From Candidatus Fervidifonticultor sextus (GTDB taxonomy: Bacteria > Sysuimicrobiota > Sysuimicrobiia > Sysuimicrobiales > Humicultoraceae), in NCBI GenBank assembly GCA_031459875.1, contig JAVKHQ010000012.1, positions 1 through 64,000 of the forward strand: DNA of 64,000 nucleotides. Direction: 5' to 3'. Of the stretch, positions 37,312 through 47,200 are shown piece by piece. The stretch's first letter is position 1; each line of letters begins with the position of its first letter. A program made the position numbers and the translations under genes. The notes beneath the pieces are model-generated. The model did not search any database, had not been told where the DNA came from, and worked only from the letters and a program-made list of their open reading frames with translations.

Positions 37312-39867
37312 ATGGAGCGCCTCGTCCCCGTCTTCTTTGTCTACGGGCTCGCCTTCTTCGCCATGGGGCTGGCCATCGCGCTGGAAGCCCGCCGCGCCAG
37401 CGCGTTGGTGCTCTCCCGCCCGCTCCGCTACCTGGCAGTGTTCGGCCTGCTGCACGCCGCGGTGGAGTGGATCGACATGTGGATGATCGGGCCGGCTGTC
37501 GGGGCCGCCTCGCCGGCGCTTCGCATCCTCCGCCTGGCCCTGTTTGCCGGCTCCACGGTGGCGCTGGCCCAGTTCGGGGCCGACGTGATCGCCTCGACCG
37601 GGCGCCATCTCGCGGCGATCCGCTGGCTGCCGCTGCTGCTGGCCGTGTTCTGGACGCTGAACTGGGCGGTGATCCCGCACCTGGCGCCGGTGCCGGCCGG
37701 GGAGGTCCCCCGGACTCCGTCCTGCCTGCAGTGCCACGCCGCCGCGCTGCCTCCCGGGTCGGGTGCCTCCACTGCCCCGCTGGCGCCGGCCACCGTGCTG
37801 GCGGACGTCTGGTTGCGCTACCTGATCTACCTGCCGGGCTCGCTGCTGGCGGCGGCTGCCTTCTGGATGGTGGGACGCCGCCTGGCCGGGGAGGACTACC
37901 CCCAGATCGCGCAGGACTGCCGGTGGACGGCGATGGCCTTTGCGGCCAACGCCATGATGGCCGGCCTCGTCGTGCCGCCCGCGGCCTTTTTCCCGGCCTC
38001 GGTGTTGAACTACGACCGGTTCTTCGCCGCAGTCGGCGTGCCGCCGCAACTCTTCCGCGCGGGCATTGCGGTGCTCATCGCCGCGCTGGTGTTGCGGGTC
38101 CTGCGGGTCTTCGAACAGGAGGCCTCCCGGCGCCTGGCCGCCGCCACCGAGGCGAGGCTTGCCGCGCAGCAGCAGGCGCTGGAGGCGGTCGAGGCGGCGC
38201 GGGAGGCCGCAGAGCACTGGAACCGGACCCTGGAAGAGCGCGTGGCTGCCCGGACGCAGGAACTGGAGCGCCGCACGCGGGAGCTGGCCGCCCTCAACGC
38301 CATCGCGTCCACCGTGACGGGGTCGCTCGACCTGCAGGCCATCCTCGAAGCCACCGTGGACCGCCTGCTCGACCTCGTGGGCGCCGACGGAGGCGGGATC
38401 GTGCTCCGCCCGTCTTCGCCCGGCGGGCAGGCCTACCGGGTGTTCAGGGGGCCGGCCGCCGTCGAAGCCGAGCGCCTTGGCGGGTTCGAGCCCGGCGCCG
38501 TGGCCTCGGGCGTGATCGTCTTCCCGGAAGGGGGGGCGGGCCGGCCCTTCCTGCGGGTGCCGCTGCGCGCCAAGGACCGGCTGCTCGGCGAACTCGTGAT
38601 CCTGGGACCGCCCGGCACCCAGTACGGCGATGGGGAGGTCGCCCTGCTGACCACGGTGGCCCAGCAGGTGGGTGTCGCGGTGGAGAACGCCCGGCTCTTC
38701 CACGAGACGGCGGCGCGCCGCCGCGAAGCCGAAACCCTCTACCGCCTGGGGGTTGAGATTACCGCGCTCTCGGACGTGAACCGCGTCCTGGACCTGGTGA
38801 CCTCCAGCGCCCGCGACCTGCTGGCCGCAGACGTGGCCATGCTCAGCCTGGTGGATGCCGCCGGCCGGGTGGTGGTCCTCCGCGCGGCCAGCGGGCTGCG
38901 TGCCGACGCGCTCGCAGGCGTCGAACTGGCGCTCGGCCAGGGGCTGGCCGGTCAGGTCGTCCTCACCGGCCAGCCCCTTGTCGTGGCTGACTACCTGACC
39001 GAGGCCCGGATCTCCCGTGAGGACCCCATGGTGCGGCAGGAGGGCCTGCGGACCCACGTGGGCGTCCCGATCTCCGCCCGCGGGCGCGCGATCGGCTGCC
39101 TGGCGGTGGCGTACCGCCGCCGGCAGCCCGTGACCGACGACGACGTGCACCTGCTGAGCCGGATGGCCAATCAGGCGGCCATCGCCATCGAGAATGCCCG
39201 CCTCTATGAGCAGGTGCAGAGCCTCGCCATCCTGGAAGAGCGGGACCGCCTGGGCCGCGAAATGCACGACAGCCTCGGACAGAGCCTGGGGTTGTTGAAC
39301 CTCAAGGTCAAGCTCGTCGAGGACCTGGTGAGCGCCGGTCGGACGCACGAGGCCCAGGAGGAACTGGCCCAGATCCGTCAGACGATCCGCGAGGCCTATG
39401 ACGAAGTCCGGCACGCCATCATGGGCCTGCGGACCTCCGGGGCCCGCGAGGACCTGGAAGTCGCCCTCCGCGTGCAGGTGGCGCGGTTCCGCGAGCAGGC
39501 CAGACTCCCCGTCGTCTACGAGGTGGCCGGTCCCATCCCCACGGTACCAGCCCTGGCCGCGGTGCAGATCACGCGCATCGTGCAGGAGGCGCTGACCAAC
39601 GTCCGGAAGCACGCAGAGGCGAAGGCCGTGCGGGTCACGCTGGGCGTGGAGGACAGCCGTCTGGCGGTGCGCATCGTCGACGACGGCCGCGGGTTCGACG
39701 TCGAGGCCACCCAGCAGGCCCCTGGCGCCCGGTTCGGCCTGGAGACCATGCGGGAGCGCGCCGAGAGCATCGGGGGCACGCTGACCGTCACGTCCGCACC
39801 CGGGGCCGGGACGACGGTGGCGCTCTCGGTGCCGGTGCCGGAGCCGGCATCGCCCCCCCGCTCCTAG
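37312..39867 (+). CDS. 7-TM sensor histidine kinase with loop CxxCH, two GAF domains and HisKA_3
   Basis: VYGLAFF N-terminus, CLQCH, ERDRLGREMHDSLGQ, DDGRGF. Confidence 0.92.
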   Translation: MERLVPVFFVYGLAFFAMGLAIALEARRASALVLSRPLRYLAVFGLLHAAVEWIDMWMIGPAVGAASPALRILRLALFAGSTVALAQFGADVIASTGRHLAAIRWLPLLLAVFWTLNWAVIPHLAPVPAGEVPRTPSCLQCHAAALPPGSGASTAPLAPATVLADVWLRYLIYLPGSLLAAAAFWMVGRRLAGEDYPQIAQDCRWTAMAFAANAMMAGLVVPPAAFFPASVLNYDRFFAAVGVPPQLFRAGIAVLIAALVLRVLRVFEQEASRRLAAATEARLAAQQQALEAVEAAREAAEHWNRTLEERVAARTQELERRTRELAALNAIASTVTGSLDLQAILEATVDRLLDLVGADGGGIVLRPSSPGGQAYRVFRGPAAVEAERLGGFEPGAVASGVIVFPEGGAGRPFLRVPLRAKDRLLGELVILGPPGTQYGDGEVALLTTVAQQVGVAVENARLFHETAARRREAETLYRLGVEITALSDVNRVLDLVTSSARDLLAADVAMLSLVDAAGRVVVLRAASGLRADALAGVELALGQGLAGQVVLTGQPLVVADYLTEARISREDPMVRQEGLRTHVGVPISARGRAIGCLAVAYRRRQPVTDDDVHLLSRMANQAAIAIENARLYEQVQSLAILEERDRLGREMHDSLGQSLGLLNLKVKLVEDLVSAGRTHEAQEELAQIRQTIREAYDEVRHAIMGLRTSGAREDLEVALRVQVARFREQARLPVVYEVAGPIPTVPALAAVQITRIVQEALTNVRKHAEAKAVRVTLGVEDSRLAVRIVDDGRGFDVEATQQAPGARFGLETMRERAESIGGTLTVTSAPGAGTTVALSVPVPEPASPPRS

Positions 39868-39881
39868 CGGGAGTTCGGAAG

Positions 39882-40592
39882 ATGGAGAAGATCCGGGTCC
39901 TGCTCGCCGACGACCATGCGCTGTTCCGGCGCGGGCTGGCCAGCCTGCTGGCGAACCGCGACGACCTCGAGGTGGTGGGGGAGGCCTCAAGCGGTGAGGA
40001 AGCCATCGACCGTGCCCGGGAACTGATGCCCGACGTCATCCTGATGGACGTCCGGATGCCGGGGGAGGGCGGCCTGGAGGCCACGCGCCGCATCAAGGAG
40101 GAGATGCCCTACGTCAGGATCGTCATCCTGACGGTCTCCGAGGATGAGGAAGACCTCTTCGCCGCCATCAAACACGGAGCGCAGGGCTACCTGCTCAAGA
40201 ACATCGACCCCGACGACCTGATCGCCTGCATCCACCAGGTCCAGCGCGGGGAGGCGCCGCTGGCCCCGGCCATGGCGACCAAGATCCTCCGCGAGTTCAG
40301 CGCGGCCGCCCCCCGCCCCGGGCCGACCCTGACCCCCAGGGAGCGCCAGGTGCTCGAGCTCGTCGCCAGGGGCGATGCCAACAAGGAGATCGCCCGGGCC
40401 CTCCAGATCTCCGAGAACACGGTCAAGAACCACCTGCGCAACATCCTCGAGAAACTCCACCTCCAGAACCGGGTGCAGGCGGTCATGTACGCGCTGCGGG
40501 AAGGCCTGATCTCCCCGCCGGGCGGCGGCCGGCACGAGGGCCGCGACCCCGAAGATCCCCCATCTAGTCAGGACGGACGAGGCAGGACCTAG
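39882..40592 (+). CDS. NarL-family response regulator
   Basis: ADDH, MDVRMP, LTPRERQVL..TVKNHL. Confidence 0.95.
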   Translation: MEKIRVLLADDHALFRRGLASLLANRDDLEVVGEASSGEEAIDRARELMPDVILMDVRMPGEGGLEATRRIKEEMPYVRIVILTVSEDEEDLFAAIKHGAQGYLLKNIDPDDLIACIHQVQRGEAPLAPAMATKILREFSAAAPRPGPTLTPRERQVLELVARGDANKEIARALQISENTVKNHLRNILEKLHLQNRVQAVMYALREGLISPPGGGRHEGRDPEDPPSSQDGRGRT

Positions 40593-40734
40593 CCGCCCCG
40601 GACCACGGCGGCCGCTCCGGCACCACCCGGAGGGGGCATCCGGGGATGCCTCGATGTTCCTCTGCCCGATCGCCCCAACCAGCGATTGGCCCGGCGCGGG
40701 CCCACCCCTACCCTGAAGTCAGGAGAGATCGGCG

Positions 40735-41085
40735 ATGCGCTGCCGGGTCCTGATCTGGTCTGCACGGTCCGTCTTCGTGAAGGCGATGCGCAGCCTGGCG
40801 GCCCGCGAAGGGCTGGAGGTCCTCGCCGTCGCCAGGACGCCCGAAGCGGCGCTGGCATGCGCGCGGATGCACCGGCCGGATGCGGTGCTGGTGGATCGGG
40901 AGACCGAGGAACGCCATCCGGACGGGGTGGTGCACCTGATGACCGAGGGCGCCCCGACCAAGGTCGTGGCGGTGGACCTGCTGGGCGAGTCGGCCATCGT
41001 GCTCGAGGGCCGGTGGGCTCCGGCGGTGACGGTTCGAGACCTGCTCCAGGTGATCGAGGGGGGCCTGGCATCCCAGGCCGCATGA
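40735..41085 (+). CDS. Degenerate stand-alone receiver-domain protein
   Basis: RVLIW..EVLAVA..EAAL..RPDAVLVD pattern; AGGAG RBS. Confidence 0.65.
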   Translation: MRCRVLIWSARSVFVKAMRSLAAREGLEVLAVARTPEAALACARMHRPDAVLVDRETEERHPDGVVHLMTEGAPTKVVAVDLLGESAIVLEGRWAPAVTVRDLLQVIEGGLASQAA

Positions 41086-41099
41086 AGGGAGGGACCACC

Positions 41100-41306
41100 A
41101 TGCACCCGATCGGCATCGCGCTGGCGTTCCTGGTGTTCTGGTCGTTTGCGGCTGTCGGCGTGTTCCTGCTGGCATCCGGCGGCCGGCGACTCCGCCAGGC
41201 CCGCAACGCGTTCTGGGCGCTGGTCAGCGGCGCCGTCATGCTGCTGGGGGTGGCGCTCACGGGCGCGGGTGTCTACGCGACGTTTGTCGTCCTCTACGGT
41301 CGGTAG
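41100..41306 (+). CDS. Small 2-TM membrane protein
   Basis: GGGAGGG RBS; two hydrophobic helices. Confidence 0.7.
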   Translation: MHPIGIALAFLVFWSFAAVGVFLLASGGRRLRQARNAFWALVSGAVMLLGVALTGAGVYATFVVLYGR

Positions 41307-41406
41307 CATCCCGGCGCGTCTGCGGCCGCAGCATCCGGCCTGCGCGTGACGGAGCCACGGGAGCACCGGACAGGCGTGCGCCTGCCGCCCCGTGGCTTTC
41401 GTGTTG

Positions 41407-41415
41407 TGCTATCCT
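41407..41415 (+). promoter_or_regulatory. Extended -10 element
   Basis: TGcTATCCT about 31 nt upstream of the heptaheme gene. Confidence 0.4.
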
Positions 41416-41446
41416 AGGGGCAATGCCGGTCGTCGAGGGGGCCTGA

Positions 41447-42337
41447 GTGCACTGGCTCATCCTGATCGTTGCCGCGGCATGGCTCTTCGCATCACCGATA
41501 CCCGCTCTGGCCCAGGACAACGCAGCCTGCCTTGCCTGCCATCAGGTTGAGGGGACGAAGGTCACGTTCCCCGGGGGCGGCGAACTCGACGTCACCATCA
41601 ACCCCGACAAGTTCGCGGCATCGGTCCACGCCTCGTTCACCTGCACCACCTGCCACACCCGGCACGCGGACTACCCCCATCCGCCCAGGACCGCCAACAC
41701 CGCGCGGGCGTACCGCGTGACGGCCCAGGAGATCTGCGCGGGCTGTCACGCCGATCAGCAGCGGGACTTCGACGGGGGCGTCCACGGCGGGGGCGTGCGG
41801 ATGGGCCTGGGTGATGTCCCCCTGTGCACGACCTGCCACACCGCGCATGCGGTGATCAAGCCCAAGAGCGCCGCCTTCCGCAACAGCATCCCCGAAGTGT
41901 GCGGCAACTGCCATGCCGACGAGGCCGTCATGCGGCGCTACGGGCTGCGCCCGGTCTACCAGGCGTACCTGGAGGAGTTCCACGGGGTCACGACCCGGCT
42001 CTACCGCATTGTGACCCCGCTGAGCCCGTCGCCGGCCGCAGTCTGTTACGACTGTCACACGGCGCACCGCGTCCTGCGCGTGGCCAACCCCCTGTCCCCG
42101 GTGGCCCCGGGGAACCTCCTGGCCACCTGCCGCCAGTGCCATACCACGGCCGGTCGCTTCTTCGCCACCGCCTGGACCGAGCATCGTGCGCCCAGCCTCC
42201 AGTATGCTCCGCTGGTCTACCTGGTGCAGGTCTTCTACCTGATCCTGATCCCCGCCGTGGTGGGCGTGCTGGCGCTGCTGACGGTGCTGGACCTGTGGCA
42301 CTGGGCCGTGACCAGGTGGGGAGGGGGCGGCGCGTGA
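41447..42337 (+). CDS. Heptaheme cytochrome c with C-terminal TM
   Basis: Signal peptide, 7 CxxCH. Confidence 0.92.
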   Translation: MHWLILIVAAAWLFASPIPALAQDNAACLACHQVEGTKVTFPGGGELDVTINPDKFAASVHASFTCTTCHTRHADYPHPPRTANTARAYRVTAQEICAGCHADQQRDFDGGVHGGGVRMGLGDVPLCTTCHTAHAVIKPKSAAFRNSIPEVCGNCHADEAVMRRYGLRPVYQAYLEEFHGVTTRLYRIVTPLSPSPAAVCYDCHTAHRVLRVANPLSPVAPGNLLATCRQCHTTAGRFFATAWTEHRAPSLQYAPLVYLVQVFYLILIPAVVGVLALLTVLDLWHWAVTRWGGGGA

Positions 42338-43083
42338 GGCGCTACCGCGGCCCCTACGTGGAGCGGTTCTCGCTGGCGCAGCGCATCGAGCACTTCGTCC
42401 TCCTGCTGACCTTCAACGTGCTGGCCCTCACCGGCCTGCCCCAAAAGTACGCCACCACAGGGTGGGGGGAGCGCCTGATCGCCGCCATGGGCGGCATCGA
42501 CCAGACCCGGTTCATCCACCGGACCACTGCCGTCATCCTGATGGCCCTCGGAGTCTGGCACCTGGCCAGCGTCCTCGTGACCCGGAAGCGGCGCCTCCGC
42601 GCGCACGATATGAACCTGACCCTCAAGGACCTCCGGGACCTGCTGGCCGACATCCGGTACCTGGCCGGCCTCTCCCGCCAGCGCCCCGCCTTCGGTCGGT
42701 TCGACTACCGCCAGAAGTTCGAGTACTGGGCGGTCCTGTGGGGGACGATCATCATGGCCGCCACCGGTCTGGTCATGTGGTTCCCGGCCCTGGTCTCGCG
42801 CTGGCTGCCCGGCGTGGTCATCCCGGCGTCCCGGGTCGCCCACGGCGGGGAGGCGCTGCTGGCGCTGTTTGCCGTGATCATCTGGCACTTCTACAACGCT
42901 CACTTCCGGCCGGACATCTTCCCCATGGACCCGGCGATGTTCACCGGGAAGATCCCGCTGGAGCGGGCCGAGCGCGAACACCCGCGGGAAGTGGAGGAAC
43001 TGCGGCATCTGGGCGTCCTCCCGCCGGCGTCGGAGCCTGCGACGCCGTCTGGAGGCGATACCACGCCCTCCTCATCCAACTAG
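42334..43083 (+). CDS. Di-heme cytochrome b (FdnI/CbcL-type)
   Basis: RFSLAQRIEH, IHR, FDYRQKFEYW, AH..IIWHFY. Confidence 0.9.
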   Translation: MRRYRGPYVERFSLAQRIEHFVLLLTFNVLALTGLPQKYATTGWGERLIAAMGGIDQTRFIHRTTAVILMALGVWHLASVLVTRKRRLRAHDMNLTLKDLRDLLADIRYLAGLSRQRPAFGRFDYRQKFEYWAVLWGTIIMAATGLVMWFPALVSRWLPGVVIPASRVAHGGEALLALFAVIIWHFYNAHFRPDIFPMDPAMFTGKIPLERAEREHPREVEELRHLGVLPPASEPATPSGGDTTPSSSN

Positions 43084-43245
43084 CCTGCATCGCACCGCGG
43101 CCGGTCAGGTCTTCGCCCGATGCCTCCGCTGGGTAAATACCGCATCCGCCGTATGGTCGCAGACTGCGGCGCTCCCTAGGATGGTCCTGACTTTGGCATG
43201 TCGGGGATGTGCGCGGGCTTAAGCCAGCGCACCGGGAGGATGAGC

Positions 43246-44208
43246 ATGGGAAGCAGATCCGCACCGGGACTCCCGGCGAAGCCAGCGATACGGCGCCGGG
43301 AGCTGTTGCGGCGCGGGGCGGCGGTTGCGGCCGCGGTGGGCGGCGGCGGGGCCCTCGCGGAGGTCCTGACGCGGCGGCGCACCGAGGCCCACCCGGCGGT
43401 GCCGGCGGCGATCCGCGACCCCAGGCCCGGTGAGCACCCGCTCGTCCGCATGCAGCGGGAGCTGCACCGGGCTCTGGCCAAGCCGATTGAGCGGCGCCAG
43501 TGGGTGATGGTGGTCGACACCAGGCGCTGTATCGGCTGTGACGCCTGCACGGTGGCCTGTATCGCCGAACACGGACTGCCGCCGGGCGTCTCCTACCGGA
43601 CGGTCGTGAAGGTGGAGGCCGGCGCGTTCCCCCACGTCGAGGCCTTCTTCAAACCGACCAACTGCATGCAGTGCGACAAGCCGCCCTGCCTGCCGGCGGC
43701 CAACGCCGTCAGCCCCGGTGCCATGGCCAAACGGCCGGACGGGATCGTCACGGTGGACTACGCGAAGTTCCACCGAAAGGCCTACGAGGCCGCCCGCAAG
43801 GCCTGCCCCTACAACGCGCTCTCCTTTGACGAGGGTCGCTACTGGACCCAGGGCACCCCAGCGCTGCAGGCCTACGAGACGCGCCCGAAAGTCGAGTACG
43901 GAAGGGTCTGGACCCGCTTGAACGGTGCCTTGCCCATTGGCGCGGGCCGGAAGTGCCACTTCTGCCTGCAGCGGATCGAGGCCGGGTTGCTGCCGGCGTG
44001 TGTGGCGACGTGTATCGGCGGCGCCCTGTACTTCGGCGACGCCGGCGACCCCGACAGCCTGGTCTCCGAACTGCGGCGCCAGGAGAAGGCCTGGCGCGTC
44101 AACGAGAGCCTGGGCACCGAGCCGCGCATGTACTACCTCGGCGCGGCCTCGCGCAAGACGATGCCGGCTACCACGCCCGAGTCGTGCCAGGCCTGTCACG
44201 GACGGTAG
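43246..44208 (+). CDS. TtrB/DmsB-like Fe-S subunit (3 predicted clusters, C-terminal CxxCH)
   Basis: Tat RRRELL; CIGCDACTVAC, CMQCDKPPC, ACPY, KCHFC..PACVATC; CQACH. Confidence 0.9.
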   Translation: MGSRSAPGLPAKPAIRRRELLRRGAAVAAAVGGGGALAEVLTRRRTEAHPAVPAAIRDPRPGEHPLVRMQRELHRALAKPIERRQWVMVVDTRRCIGCDACTVACIAEHGLPPGVSYRTVVKVEAGAFPHVEAFFKPTNCMQCDKPPCLPAANAVSPGAMAKRPDGIVTVDYAKFHRKAYEAARKACPYNALSFDEGRYWTQGTPALQAYETRPKVEYGRVWTRLNGALPIGAGRKCHFCLQRIEAGLLPACVATCIGGALYFGDAGDPDSLVSELRRQEKAWRVNESLGTEPRMYYLGAASRKTMPATTPESCQACHGR

Positions 44209-44220
44209 AGGAGGAGCGCC

Positions 44221-47200
44221 ATGGCCAGGAAGATGCCCGCGCACACCACCCGTCGCAGGCTGCTGGCCTCCGCCGCCCTCCTGGGCGGGGCGGCGGCCTA
44301 CGGCCAGATCGCAAAGGTGCTGAGCACGCCGGCCCTGGCGGAAGCGGCCGAGGCCGGGGCGCCCTACCCGTATGGGAAGCCCGAGAACACACTCTACACG
44401 GTCTGCCTCCAGTGCAACACCGGCTGCGGCATCAAGGTGTACCTGGAGCGCGGCGTGGCCGTCAAGATCGAGGGCAACCCCCTCAGCCCCTGGACGATGG
44501 CCCCGCACCTGCCGTACCGGACGCCGGTCGCCGACCTCGCGGCGGTGAATGGCGCGATCTGTCCGAAAGGGCAGGCCGGCCTCCAGACCGTCTACGATCC
44601 CTACCGGATCCGCACGGTGCTCAAGCGGGCGGGTCCGCGTGGGTCGAACAAGTGGAAGAGCATCCCGTTCGAGCAGGCCATCAGCGAGATCGTCAACGGC
44701 GGCCGGCTCTTCGCAGAGATCCCCGGCGAGGAGCACCGCGTCGTGGAAGGGTTCAAGGATGTCTACGCCCTGCGCGATCCCGCGCTAGCCCGCGCCATGG
44801 CCACCGACGTCGCCCTGGTGAAGAGCAAGCGGATGACGGTCGAGCAGTTCAAGGCGAAGTACCGGGCCCATCTGCACGTCCTCATCGACCCCGATCACCC
44901 CGACCTGGGTCCCAAGAACAACCAGTTCGTCTACTGGAAGGGCCGCGAGAAGGGCGGCCGGGGGGACTTCGTTACCCGCTTTGCCGGCGACGCCTTCGGC
45001 ACCGTCAACCGCCACGGCCACACCACCGTCTGCCAGGGCTCCCTGTACTTCACCGGCAAGGCCATGAGCGACCAGTACGTGGGCGGCACGTGGACCGGCG
45101 GCCGGAAGTTCTACTGGCAGGCGGATACCGAGCATGCCGAGTTCATCATCTTCGTCGGCGCCAACCCCCTGGAAGCCAACTACGGGCCGCCGCTGCGCGC
45201 CGGGAAACTGACCGGGGGGATCGTCAGCGGGCGCCTCAAGATCGCGGTGGTGGATCCGCGATTCTCGCGGTCAGCCAGCAAGGCCTGGAAGTGGATCCCC
45301 AACAAGCCGGGGACCGAGGCCGCCGTCGCCATGGCCATGATCCGGTGGATCGTCGAGCACCAGCGGTTCGACGCCAGGTATCTGGCCAACGCCAACCGGG
45401 CTGCGGCGGCCGCCGACGGCGAGCCGACCTGGAGCAACGCCTCCTGGCTGGTGAAGATCGAAGACCACCAGCCCGGGAAGTTCCTGCGAGCGGCGGAGAT
45501 CGGCCTCTCCGACCGCGACCTGTTCGTGGTCCTCAAGGACGGCACACCCGTCGCCGTGGACCCCTACGATACCCGGACGCCGGTCGAGGGCGACCTCCTC
45601 GTGGACACCGTGGTGGGCGGGTTCCGGGTGAAGAGCGCGCTGCAGGTGCTCTACGACGAGGCGCGCAAGCGCTCCATCGCCGGGTGGGCGGCGCTGGCAG
45701 GGGTGTCGGCCGACGACCTAATTGAGGTGGCCAGGGAGTTCACCAGTCACGGCAAACGGGCCGCGGTGGACCTCCACCGGGGGTGCAGCCAGCACACGAA
45801 CGGCTTCTACAACTGCTTCACCTGGTACGCCTTGAACACGCTGATCGGCAACTACGACTGGAAGGGCGGCTCGGCCTGGGCGAGCGCCTACGACCAGGCT
45901 GGCGGTCGGCCCGGCGCACCGTTCAACGTGCGGGCGATGCACCCCGGGCGCACGACCGCCTTTGGGACCCCCTTGATCCGCAACGAGGAGAAGTACGAGG
46001 ACTCCACGCTGTTCTCGGGTTACCCGGCCCGGCGCCAGTGGTATCCCATGGCCAGCGACATCTACCAGGAACTGCTGCCGTCGGCCGCCGAAGGGTACCC
46101 CTACCCGATCAAGATCCTGCTGCTCTACATGGGCTCCCCTGCCTACGCGCTCCCGGCCGGGCACACCAACATCGAGCTGCTGGCCGATCCCACCAAGATC
46201 CCCCTGGTGATCGCCTGCGACATCCTGATCGGCACCACCTCCATGTACGCCGACTACATCTTCCCCGACCTCACCTACCTGGAGCGGTGGGAGTTCCACG
46301 GGACCCACCCCAGCGTGCTGCCCAAGGTCCAGCCAATCTACAGCCCGGTGATCGCGCCGCTGACCACGTCGGTGCGGGTGTACGGGGAGGAGGTGCCCGC
46401 TTCGTTCGAGGCCCTGATGCTGGCCATCGCCGAGAGACTGGGACTGCCGGGGTTTGGGCCCGACGGGTTCGGCCCGGGGCAGCCATTGACCCGTCCCGAC
46501 GACTTCTACATCCGCCTGGTCGCCAACGTGGCGTTTGGCGACCGCGCCGGCGACGAGGTCCCCGACGCCTCCCCCGAGGAGGAACGCCTGTTCCTGGCCG
46601 CCCGGGCCCATCTGCCCAAGTCGGTCTTCGACCCCGAGCGGTGGCGGGCAATCCTGGGCGAGCGGTGGTGGAAGAAGCTCGTCTTCGTGCTCAACCGCGG
46701 AGGACGGTTCGCGGACTACGACTCGGCCTTCGACGGCGAGAGGCTCCGCGGACACTACGGGAACCTGGTGAACCTCTACCTGGAGAAACTGGCGACCACG
46801 AAGCACGCGCTGACCGGTCGATCCTTCTCGGGCGCTCCGGGCTACCACCCGGTCGCGGACAGCCTGGGCCGGCCGATTCGGGACGAGGCCGCGGGCTACG
46901 ACCTGCACCTCATCACCAACCGGATCATCCTCCACACCAAGAGCCGGACGATCACGAACTACTGGCTCACCGGCATCCTGCCGGAGAACGACATCGTGAT
47001 GCACCCGAGGGACGCCCGGGCCCGCAACCTGAAGGACGGGGATCGGGTGCGCATCGTTTCGGCGACCAACCCCCGAGGCGAGTGGGACCTGAAGAACGGC
47101 CAGCGCATTCCCATGGTCGGCCGTCTGAAGGTCTCAGAGGGCATCAGGCCGGGCGTCATCGCCTTCCCCCTGGGATACGGGCACTGGGCCACGGGCGCCG

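Noticed and set aside
37189..39990. 933-aa minus-strand ORF
   Set aside because: Antisense shadow of the histidine kinase
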